Positions 56,805 through 64,000 of a stretch of DNA of 64,000 nucleotides are shown piece after piece. The stretch comes from an uncultured Methylomirabilota bacterium (GTDB lineage Bacteria > Methylomirabilota > Methylomirabilia > CAVQYV01): NCBI GenBank assembly GCA_963718295.1, contig CAVQYV010000008.1, forward strand, positions 11,442 to 75,441. The letters run 5' to 3'. How positions within the stretch are numbered: the first letter of the stretch is position 1; every line of letters begins with the position of its first letter. The position numbers were made by a program, and so were the translations under genes. The notes below the pieces were generated by a model, which saw only the letters and a program-made list of their open reading frames with translations, did not search any database and was not told where the DNA came from.

Positions 56805-56880
56805 GGTGGAGCTGAGGGGATTTGAACCCCTGACCTCTTGACTGCCAGTCAAGCGCGCTCCCAATCTGCGCCACAGCCCC
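56804..56880 (-). tRNA. tRNA-Ala (anticodon GGC)
   Basis: Reverse complement GGGGCTGTGGCGCAGATTGGGAGCGCGCTTGACTGGCAGTCAAGAGGTCAGGGGTTCAAATCCCCTCAGCTCCACCA. G3:U70 pair, anticodon loop CTGGCAG. Confidence 0.93.
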
Positions 56881-56945
56881 TTTGCCTGTCGCTAATCTAA
56901 CTAACAGCAACCCTTTGCCTTGTCAAGGGGAAAGTGAATACCTTC

Positions 56946-56974
56946 TTGACAGGATGGCCCAGAGGCGTTAGAAA
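56946..56974 (+). promoter_or_regulatory. possible promoter for tRNA-Leu
   Basis: TTGACA (56946-56951), a 17-nt spacer, then TAGAAA (56969-56974). It lies 30 nt upstream of the tRNA 5' end. Confidence 0.35.
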
Positions 56975-57004
56975 TAGATAGAAATAGATAGATGATCTTC
57001 TCCT

Positions 57005-57092
57005 GCCGGAGTGGTGAAATTGGTAGACGCACGGGACTCAAAATCCCGCGGACCTCTGGTCCATGTCGGTTCGACCCCGACCTCCGGCACCA
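57005..57092 (+). tRNA. tRNA-Leu (anticodon CAA)
   Basis: GCCGGAGTGGTGAAATTGGTAGACGCACGGGACTCAAAATCCCGCGGACCTCTGGTCCATGTCGGTTCGACCCCGACCTCCGGCACCA. Long variable arm, anticodon loop CTCAAAA. Confidence 0.93.
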
Positions 57093-57531
57093 ACCAACTC
57101 AGATAGTTGAATGATTGGCCTCCCAGCTCCGGAGGCCATTTTCTTTTCCCCTTCCCTCGGTGTGCTTTGGTGGCCGTTGCTGGGTCAGTTTTTCTGGTGA
57201 GTTCGTCCAGATTCGGCACCTGTGCTTCTTCCGCTGCATAAGCTATTCCGTTGACATTCGAAGAGGCCTTTTGCTTCAGTCCTGCGTCGGTGAAAAGGAC
57301 AGCCCCAAGTTGGCAAACCACAAATATCGCAGCCATCATGATACGCGAGTGGCTGCAGATTTTTCTCATCCTTCTCCCTCATTTGGATAGAATTGACAGG
57401 CCATATATCAATGAGCCTCTATGACTTGGGCGCCAGCGGGGGTAAACCTGAATGATTACCTTACCCATTTGACGAAAAGGGGAGGCAGATCTTTGCCTCC
57501 CCTTTGTTCTCATCGTGCTCCCCAGCAGCGT

Positions 57532-58743
57532 TTACCAACGCGGATAGTTGGGCACGCCATAGGCAGGATGGCGATAGTACTGATCCCAGTTGGTGACTTT
57601 CCCGTACAACTCCGGGGTCCAGGGCAACCACCGCGCCGCATAGGGATGGCGTGGGAAGTCCTGGATGATTGCCTCCTCCAAGGGCAGGCCGACCACCTCG
57701 ATCTCGTCGTACTCCATCTTGCCCAGACCATGCTTAGCAGCCAGGCGGGTGCTCCCGATGTTCCTCGGGTTCAGGTTCATGCAAGCAGTACCGATGGCAT
57801 CCGCGGCGACCGGGTCTTTGCTGGCGATGAGCAGTCCCGAGAGGAAATAGGGGGCTACCGGCGTCCAGGTCCCGGCATAGATCGCGTCGATGATGTGCAT
57901 CTGCTTGGGGACTACCTTCTGGGCGATGTAGGTGACATCCGCATTGACCTCGGCCAGCTTGTTGTGGGGCAGCCCAAACTTGTTAGCCCCGATGACCCTC
58001 GAGGAAGGCAGGCCGATGCCCATGTTCTTCAGGGTTAGGGTGACGCCCGCCATAGAATGGGTCTTGAAGGCACAGATGGGGATCAAGCATTGCACCTGCT
58101 TCAGGAGCTTGGGCATGGGATATTGCTTGGAAGCCAATCCCAGTCCCGGCATCATTTCCCAACTCTCGCACAGATCGATCAGCTCATACTTGATGCCCAT
58201 ATCCGCATACCTTTTCTGGGCATAGACCAGGCCGTAGTTCATGTAGGTCGCCCAGGCATCGCCGAAGGCCGGACACTCTGCGATGATAATCCGGCTGGCT
58301 CCCATCTCCTTGCAAATCCTGGCTACTGCCAGGGCCGCGCGGGGATCGGCAAAGGCTCCCTGGATGCTATTGTCGTCCCCATATCCCAGGTATTGCATGG
58401 GATAGTAGCTCAGGACGAAGTTGGGCTTGATCAGGACCGCCTCGCCCTTCTTCAGAGGGATTCCGCCGGCTAGCTCGGTCACTTGCTTGACCAGCTTGTA
58501 CCAGACCTCCTCGCTCGCTACATCCCAGGTGGCCCGGGTGTGATCGCCCTCCGACTCAGCATATTCTTGGACGTTTTTCAAGCTCAAGTCAACCAGCTCA
58601 CGGACGTGGAACTTCCCATCCAGCATCGCCGCTTCTTCCGGCGTCGCCTTCACGATGGCGACTACACTCTTCTCCGCCGCTGCAATCGAGGCGAAGATGG
58701 CGATCATTCCTGCTGCTAAAAGGAGAATTATCATCCGCTTCAT
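57532..58743 (-). CDS. secreted/anchored DUF362-domain protein
   Basis: Signal peptide MKRMIILLLAAGMIAIFASIAAA. GEAVLIKPNFV motif typical of DUF362. AGGAGGT RBS. Confidence 0.65.
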   Translation of the reverse strand: MKRMIILLLAAGMIAIFASIAAAEKSVVAIVKATPEEAAMLDGKFHVRELVDLSLKNVQEYAESEGDHTRATWDVASEEVWYKLVKQVTELAGGIPLKKGEAVLIKPNFVLSYYPMQYLGYGDDNSIQGAFADPRAALAVARICKEMGASRIIIAECPAFGDAWATYMNYGLVYAQKRYADMGIKYELIDLCESWEMMPGLGLASKQYPMPKLLKQVQCLIPICAFKTHSMAGVTLTLKNMGIGLPSSRVIGANKFGLPHNKLAEVNADVTYIAQKVVPKQMHIIDAIYAGTWTPVAPYFLSGLLIASKDPVAADAIGTACMNLNPRNIGSTRLAAKHGLGKMEYDEIEVVGLPLEEAIIQDFPRHPYAARWLPWTPELYGKVTNWDQYYRHPAYGVPNYPRW

Positions 58744-59170
58744 CGGCGCTACCTCCTGTCCGATCCATGGTTTAGGAACCTGATGTATTCCTTCCTCCCC
58801 AACGAATTCATTATGTCATCGACCACCTCCTTTCGCATTCTGAAAGCGCCCCCCATTCTCCCGCAAACACAGGGAGGCACCGCAGTCTTGAGGGCCTGAA
58901 GATCGGTTCGGTGCCTCCATTTTTCACCTCCTGCCGAAATGCTGTTGGGGGGGATAGCGAGACTACAACTCTGGACAAAGGACGCAAAGCCTAATGGGCT
59001 TATCAATCTGGGCAACTGACGCTGGCCTGCAGGGGACTGGCCCTTACGTGGCCAACTATCTACACCTGTCCATTTTCCTTGTCAATCTATTTCTGAATGG
59101 ATTGGGCGGACATCGTTTGAAAACGAAGTCTGGAATTCGAGGCATAAGACGCGAATGGAAGCCAAGGACC

Positions 59171-59507
59171 CCTCGCAGACTTGACTTGTTGGGAGACAAG
59201 CATCTGTGGTATCTTTGCAATGTCCCCCAAACGATCCATGCAGGTTCCGAGCTGAAATCATGCAGGCCTCAAAGGAAGGTAGGGGACGGCCTACGGCTAT
59301 TCGGGGGTCATTTGAGGAGGTTTTGTTCAGGAGAACTTCTTCGGGGAAGCGGTTTGCTTCCGGGAGAGGTGCTCCTTCCTCAATGAGAGGAGGTGATGGA
59401 GGCCAAGAATGAGAATGGAGGGAAAACCCAGGGAGCAGGTTCTATCTTGATGTCGGATCTCTTTAAGGGAAAGGATTGCGAAAGATGAACAAGACTGTGC
59501 TCATCGC
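59171..59507 (+). repeat. copy 1 of a ~337-bp promoter/leader/uORF/first-codons unit
   Basis: Aligns base-for-base with 62671-63006 apart from scattered substitutions and one net 1-nt indel. It ends 8 codons into a truncated MNKTVLIA... ORF. Confidence 0.9.
59396..59488 (+). CDS. 30-codon upstream ORF (copy 1)
   Basis: MEAKNENGGKTQGAGSILMSDLFKGKDCER. Length and frame are conserved with copy 2. The TGA overlaps the next ATG (ATGA). Confidence 0.3.
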   Translation: MEAKNENGGKTQGAGSILMSDLFKGKDCER

Positions 59508-59537
59508 GTTCGCGCCAGTAAATGAACAGGAGCTTGT

Positions 59538-60059
59538 ATGACAGAGAAGGAATTCTTTAACACGGTTTTGAATGGGAGCGAGGACGTACTACAACTATTC
59601 CTTGCAGCCATCTCATTCGCCGGGGTGGGCTACTGTGTCATTGGGGGCCTGGCGGTGAATGCTTATGCGGAGCCAGTTGTTAGCCTCGATCTCGATGTTG
59701 TGGTGGGCGCAGAAGATATCGACCGTGTCTGCAAGGCCATCGAAGGCCATTTCAGGGTGGAGCGTTTCGCGCATAGCGTCAACCTCAGCAGCGACAAGTC
59801 CTCATTGAGAATTCAACTTCAGACCGATCCGCGTTACCTGGATTTCATCGGCAGAGCCACAATGCACACGGTACTGGGATACAAGATGCGGGTCGCGAGC
59901 ATCGAGGATGTTCTACAAGGCAAGATCTGGGCGTATTTGGATGAAGATCGGCGGAAGAGCAAGAGGCAGAAGGATTTGGCGGACGTCGCACGACTGGTGG
60001 AAGCCTTTCCAGATTTGACAGAGCGTCTGCCCGAGGAGATCCGGAAGACACTGCAATAG
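59538..60059 (+). CDS. minimal nucleotidyltransferase-fold protein (pol-beta superfamily)
   Basis: VIGGLAVNAYAEPVVSLDLDVVV fits G[GS]-x(9-13)-DxD. The ATG overlaps the stop of an 18-codon remnant ORF (ATGA). Confidence 0.55.
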   Translation: MTEKEFFNTVLNGSEDVLQLFLAAISFAGVGYCVIGGLAVNAYAEPVVSLDLDVVVGAEDIDRVCKAIEGHFRVERFAHSVNLSSDKSSLRIQLQTDPRYLDFIGRATMHTVLGYKMRVASIEDVLQGKIWAYLDEDRRKSKRQKDLADVARLVEAFPDLTERLPEEIRKTLQ

Positions 60060-60652
60060 CGGCGTGAATCAGGGCCTGGAGTCGGGCACGGCGCAAAAAT
60101 GCGCTGCGCCATCTAGGCGCGGCGGTAGGTCTTTGAATTTGGAGGGAACAACTGGGTGAAAGAAAACCGGTTTCCGATTTTCCTTATCGTCATCCTCCTC
60201 CTGCTGGCCTTGCAATCCATTTCCTTGGCAGCCGAATCAGAAAAATCCACTATCACGCCCCCCCGGGGGTCTGCACGGTGTCTATCGGCAGGGTAGACTG
60301 AGCGAGGAGCGATCCGAGCCCATCGCCAGGCAGAAGTCACTAGAGGACAGAGTAGGTACAGATAGGTGAGGCGAGTGGGGCACCCCAAGGTTGAAAGGCG
60401 AAGAAACAGAGACTTCGAGCCACAGGTCGGCACGCGAAATTCCGAACCGTGGAGCGGAGGCATAGCGCCAGAAAAGCGACTCAGGCCGTCCTCATTAAGG
60501 ATCGAAACCTGCGTCGGCGCAAAAGTCTCCGAAAGCCCAGCTGGTTGCCATCCGGCAGGCTCGCAGAGTCTTCCGCTGCTGCTGCGCGGGGGCGCCTGAC
60601 ACCCGACGGTCTGGGGCGACATCATTGGCATCGTCAAAGAGGAGGCAGCGCT

Positions 60653-62161
60653 ATGAACCAGATACTTATTGGCAAGGGTGAGCAACTCGTCCACTTGCTC
60701 GCCAAGTACGCCAACCGGCATGGCCTGGTCGCCGGCGCCACCGGCACCGGTAAGAGCGTTTCGCTGATCGTGCTGGCGGAAGGCTTCTCGCGTTTAGGCG
60801 TGCCGGTGTTCATGGCGGACGTGAAGGGGGATATCGCCGGCTTGGCGGTGGCTGGTACCACCAACGAGAAGATCCAACAGCGCGTTGCACAGATCGGGAT
60901 CGAGGGTTACGCCCTCGAGGCCAGTCCGGTGGTGTTCTGGGACTTGTACGGCAAGGCAGGCCATCCCGTCCGGGCGACGGTCAGCGAGGTCGGCCCGAAC
61001 CTGCTGGGTCGGATCCTCGAGCTCAACGATATCCAGGGAGGGACGCTGGAGGTCGCATTCAAGCTGGCGGACGACCAGGGCCTGTTGCTGCTCGACCTCG
61101 ACGATCTGCGCGCCCTACTCGGGTTCGTTGGGGCCAACCGCAAGGAGATCTCGACGCAATACGGTCTGGTCAGCACACAGTCCGTGGCTGCCATCCAGCG
61201 CGCCCTGTTGTCGCTGGAGCAGGAAGGTGGGGAAACCCTGTTCGGCGAGCCGGCCCTCGAACTCGGGGACTTGATGCGCACGGACCTCAGCGGGCGCGGC
61301 ATCGTCAACATCCTCGCCGCCGACCAACTGATTTTGAAACCACGCCTGTATTCGAGCTTCCTGCTGTGGCTCCTGTCGGAGCTATTCGAAAACCTGCCTG
61401 AGGTGGGGGACCTCGACCAGCCCAAACTGGTGTTCGTCTTCGATGAGGCCCATCTGCTCTTCGACGACGCTCCGCCGGCGCTGCGTCAGAAGGTGGAGCA
61501 GGTCGTGCGGATCATTCGTTCCAAGGGCGTGGGCGTGTACTTCTGCTCGCAGTTTCCGGACGACGTGCCGAACGAGATCCTGGGCCAGCTTGGGAACCGC
61601 ATCCAGCATGCTCTGCGCGCCTATACCCCCCGTGATCAGAAGGCAGTGCGCACCGCCGCCGAAACCTTCGTTCCCAACCCCAGGATCGACGTCGCCCAGG
61701 TGATCTCCCAACTGGGTGTGGGCGAGGCCCTGGTATCCACCCTCCAGGAGAAGGGCGTGCCAATGCCGGTGGAGCGCACGCTCATCTGTCCACCGCGCTG
61801 CCGGATGGGCGCGATTACACCGGAAGAGCGGGCGGCCGTGCGGGCACGCAGCCCGGTAGGCGGCAAGTACGACTCCCCTGTGAACCGCGAATCGGCCTAT
61901 GAAATCCTGAGCCGGAGGACCGTGTCAGTGGAGGCGGAGGCGGCGCGGCCAGACCAAGCCCCGGCGGGACCGCGCTCCGACCAGGCCCCGGCGTCTAAAG
62001 GCCGCGGGCCTCTGGGCGATTTGCTATGGGGCACCCAGCGCCGCCAGGGCATGGTGGAAGCCATGGCCAAGCAGGCGGCGCGCACCGTGGGGAGCCAGAT
62101 CGGCCGGCAGATCCTACGCGGCGTGCTCGGCGGCATCTTCGGCGGATCACGCCGCCGTTAG
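60653..62161 (+). CDS. HerA-like helicase-domain ATPase (DUF853, YjgR-like)
   Basis: Walker A GLVAGATGTGKSVS. PKLVFVFDEAHLLF (Walker B). RSKGVGVYFCSQFPDDVP. AAAGAGGAGG RBS. Start set at ATG 60653. Confidence 0.85.
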   Translation: MNQILIGKGEQLVHLLAKYANRHGLVAGATGTGKSVSLIVLAEGFSRLGVPVFMADVKGDIAGLAVAGTTNEKIQQRVAQIGIEGYALEASPVVFWDLYGKAGHPVRATVSEVGPNLLGRILELNDIQGGTLEVAFKLADDQGLLLLDLDDLRALLGFVGANRKEISTQYGLVSTQSVAAIQRALLSLEQEGGETLFGEPALELGDLMRTDLSGRGIVNILAADQLILKPRLYSSFLLWLLSELFENLPEVGDLDQPKLVFVFDEAHLLFDDAPPALRQKVEQVVRIIRSKGVGVYFCSQFPDDVPNEILGQLGNRIQHALRAYTPRDQKAVRTAAETFVPNPRIDVAQVISQLGVGEALVSTLQEKGVPMPVERTLICPPRCRMGAITPEERAAVRARSPVGGKYDSPVNRESAYEILSRRTVSVEAEAARPDQAPAGPRSDQAPASKGRGPLGDLLWGTQRRQGMVEAMAKQAARTVGSQIGRQILRGVLGGIFGGSRRR

Positions 62162-62301
62162 TGTGCGGGCACCGTAGTACTGCTGCGGCGTGTCGCCGCC
62201 CCAACAAGCCAATCAAGCTGTTGGTCGTCTTCGGCAGCCGCAGCTTATGGCGATCCGTCTGACCAGGAAATTGAACACAAACTCAATAAAGGAGATTAGC
62301 A

Positions 62302-62550
62302 ATGGGAATTCTATCTTGGATCGTAATGGGGTTAATCGTAGGTTTGCTCGCAAAATTCATCATGCCGGGCAAAGACCCTGGAGGAACTATCATTACCATT
62401 TTGATAGGGATAGCGGGTGCTTTCGTAGGCGGGTTTATTGGGTCCTTTCTGGGCCTTGGGACAGTTACAGGATTTAATGTAGGGAGTATCTTGCTGGCTA
62501 TCGGTGGGGCTGTCCTCCTATTGATTCTGTATCGCACCATAAAGAGATAG
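62302..62550 (+). CDS. GlsB/YeaQ/YmgE-family small membrane protein
   Basis: MGILSWIVMGLIVGLLAKFIMPGKDPGGTIITILIGIAGAFVGGFIG. AAAGGAG RBS. Confidence 0.85.
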   Translation: MGILSWIVMGLIVGLLAKFIMPGKDPGGTIITILIGIAGAFVGGFIGSFLGLGTVTGFNVGSILLAIGGAVLLLILYRTIKR

Positions 62551-62670
62551 CACCCCTTCCAGGCCTAACACTCCTTCGGATGCGCAAAAACCGCGCCCCA
62601 CTGAGCTTCGACGTCGTGCAAGAGTAATAAAATGGAAATCAGTAATGGGGTCAATCAGTAAGTGGGGTCA

Positions 62671-63006
62671 CCTCGCGGACTTGACTTGTTAGGAGACAAG
62701 CATCTGTGATATCTTTGCAATGTCCCTCAAACGATCCATGCAGGTTCCGATCTGAAATCATTCAGGGCGCAAGAGGAGGGGAGGGAGGCCCTACGGCCTT
62801 TCGGGGGTCATTTGAGGAGGACTTGTTCAGGAGACCTCTTCGCGGGAGTTCTCCACTTCCGAAAGGGGCGTTCCTCCCTCTGAGAGAGGAGGTGATGGAG
62901 GCCAAGAATGAGAATGAAGGGACAATCCAGGGAGCAGGTTTTATCTTGATGTCGGATTCCTCTAAGGGAAAGGATCGCGAAAGATGAAGAAGACTGTGCT
63001 CATCGC
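62671..63006 (+). repeat. copy 2 of the promoter/leader/uORF/first-codons unit (functional copy ahead of the amidase gene)
   Basis: See copy 1. The offset between copies is 3,500 bp at the 5' end and 3,499 bp at the 3' end. Confidence 0.9.
62895..62987 (+). CDS. 30-codon upstream ORF (copy 2)
   Basis: MEAKNENEGTIQGAGFILMSDSSKGKDRER. The TGA overlaps the amidase ATG (ATGA). Confidence 0.3.
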   Translation: MEAKNENEGTIQGAGFILMSDSSKGKDRER

Positions 63007-64000
63007 TTTGCTTCTCTCGCTTTCGATCTTGATGGGCATTGCTGCCGCCTGGGCAGCCGAGGCCCAGAAGATCGTCTTCGCCAGCCAGATCGTGGATGTC
63101 ATCGGCCCCTCCTCCAAGATGATCGGGCCCGTGCAGAGCGGGGGGATCATCGTCGCTACTCCGGAGGCCGCCTGCTACGGGCCCATGATTACGCCTCAAC
63201 TGAAAAGTGGACACACGCTGACCATCCCGGTGGCCGTGGAGGGGGCCGAGGTGGGAGACGCCATCGCCCTCAAGATCAAGAAGGTAAGGGTCTTGGCCAA
63301 GGCCACTGCCTCCGGCACGGAAACGGCCATTAAGGATCGCTTCGTCGGTGACCCCTTTGTGGCCAAGCGCTGCCCCAAGTGCGGGATGGTCAATCCGCCC
63401 ACTGAACTCAAGGGAGTTGGCGCGGAGGCCATCCGCTGCAAGATGTGCGGGGCTCCTTGCATCACTTTCCAGGTCACCAACGGCTACACCCTCCTCTTTG
63501 ACGAAGATCGGAGCATCGGGGTTACCCTGCCCAAGGCGGTGACCGATGAGATCGCCAAGCAGGCCTATGAGTTTTCCGCTGTTCCCAGCAAGGGTCTCTC
63601 TTATCCCGTGACCCTGCTCAGCCTGGCCGATATGCCTCCGGGGATCATCGCCCGGGTGCGGGCCATGATCGGGAATATGGGGACGACTCCCGCCATCGAT
63701 ATGCCCACCTCCCACAATGCCGGTGATTACGCCGTCTTCTTGGTGGGCGCCCCCCACAAGCTGGCGATTACCAAGGCGGACTTAGGCCAAGCGCAGCGAT
63801 GCCCATATGGACATCGATAATGTGCGGGAAGGGGCGATCGTCATCACGCCGGTCAAGGTCAAAGGCGGAGGCATCGTGGTGGGCGATGTCCACGCCATGC
63901 AGGGAGATGGGGAGATCTCCGGCCATACCACCGATGTGAGCGCAGAGGTAACCCTGGAGGTGCAGGTGATCAAGGGCCTCAATCTGGAGGGACCGATCCT
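62984..64000 (+). CDS. acetamidase/formamidase (FmdA/AmdA) family protein with signal peptide; frame break 63786-63797; 3' end outside window
   Basis: MKKTVLIALLLSLSILMGIAAAWA, GPVAVEGAEVGDAIALKI-type motif and CPKCGM...CKMCG. After the break, DAHMDIDNVREGAIVITPVKVKGGGIVVGDVHAMQGDGEISGH continues in another frame to the window end. Confidence 0.8.

Noticed and set aside
56968-57369. 133-aa minus-strand ORF with a signal-peptide-like start (MRKICSHSRIMMAAIFVVCQLGAV...) and an adjacent GGAGAAGG.
   Set aside because: Its last ~40 codons run antisense through tRNA-Leu, and the middle is Lys/Gly/Pro-rich. A short secreted protein truncated or extended by the tRNA cannot be excluded, but I cannot support it.
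59207-59219. Sigma-54-like TGGTATCTTTGCA in both amidase leader copies (also at 62707-62719).
   Set aside because: GG and GC are separated by 7 nt instead of the required 10, so it does not fit the -24/-12 geometry.
59230-59380. Guanidine-I (ykkC) or another known riboswitch in the amidase leader, prompted by GGTTCCGAG and CCGGGAGAG.
   Set aside because: The second element is not conserved in copy 2, and the overall arrangement does not match the ykkC consensus as I recall it. This needs an Rfam scan rather than my eye.
59206-59412. 68-aa and 93-aa ORFs (59206-59412 and 62706-62987) spanning the two leader copies.
   Set aside because: The two copies change frame relative to each other, so the long ORFs are not conserved. 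Only the terminal 30-codon uORF keeps its frame.
62157-62216. 20-codon minus-strand stretch ..WGGDTPQQYYGAR.. that resembles the tail of an AraC-family regulator.
   Set aside because: It is too short, is preceded immediately by a stop, and rests on one loosely remembered motif. I mention it only as possible debris.
62563-62694. Possible integron attC site after the GlsB gene: GCCTAAC (62563-62569) and GTTAGGA (62688-62694).
   Set aside because: The inner L'/L'' segments are not complementary, and the last base of the core breaks the GTTRRRY consensus. No comparable sites follow the other two genes and no intI is present.

Overview
GC-rich chromosomal segment from a diderm (Gram-negative-type) bacterium. 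It holds about 55 protein-coding genes and three tRNAs (Sec-UCA, Ala-GGC, Leu-CAA). I found no rRNA, no CRISPR array, and no transposase or integrase. Core blocks: gatC-gatA-(GGCT)-gatB, pcrA and rodA-mrdA-mreD-mreC-mreB all run on the minus strand (43.9-55.4 kb). Elsewhere are uvrC, moeA, purF, trmO, aminotransferases, and M16 and M48 peptidases. Accessory or unusual parts: (i) 0-12.6 kb is a co-directional envelope cluster. A YdbH/YdbL-type module is followed by a roughly 2,800-aa secreted TolB-propeller/TPR/CHAT protein, an SH3b protein and an M48 protease. (ii) 19.1-21.1 kb is a small islet with a PD-(D/E)xK nuclease fused to an NDT/TIR-like domain, a hicB-hicA pair and two decayed 3' ends of a TPR-type gene. 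(iii) 39.8-43.9 kb is a ZraP/ZraS/ZraR-like unit with a textbook sigma-54 promoter. (iv) 59.2-63.0 kb is a compositionally mosaic three-gene segment (minimal nucleotidyltransferase, HerA-like DUF853 ATPase, GlsB/YeaQ membrane protein). It is bracketed by two ~337-bp copies of the promoter/leader/uORF of an acetamidase/formamidase gene. (v) A 21-nt duplicate of the selC 3' end lies 98 bp from the gene. At least six genes show a reading-frame break that rejoins good protein sequence in another frame. Either the assembly is indel-prone or several accessory genes are decaying, and this limits confidence in exact CDS boundaries. All calls come from reading the translated ORFs and the DNA by eye; no database search was possible.
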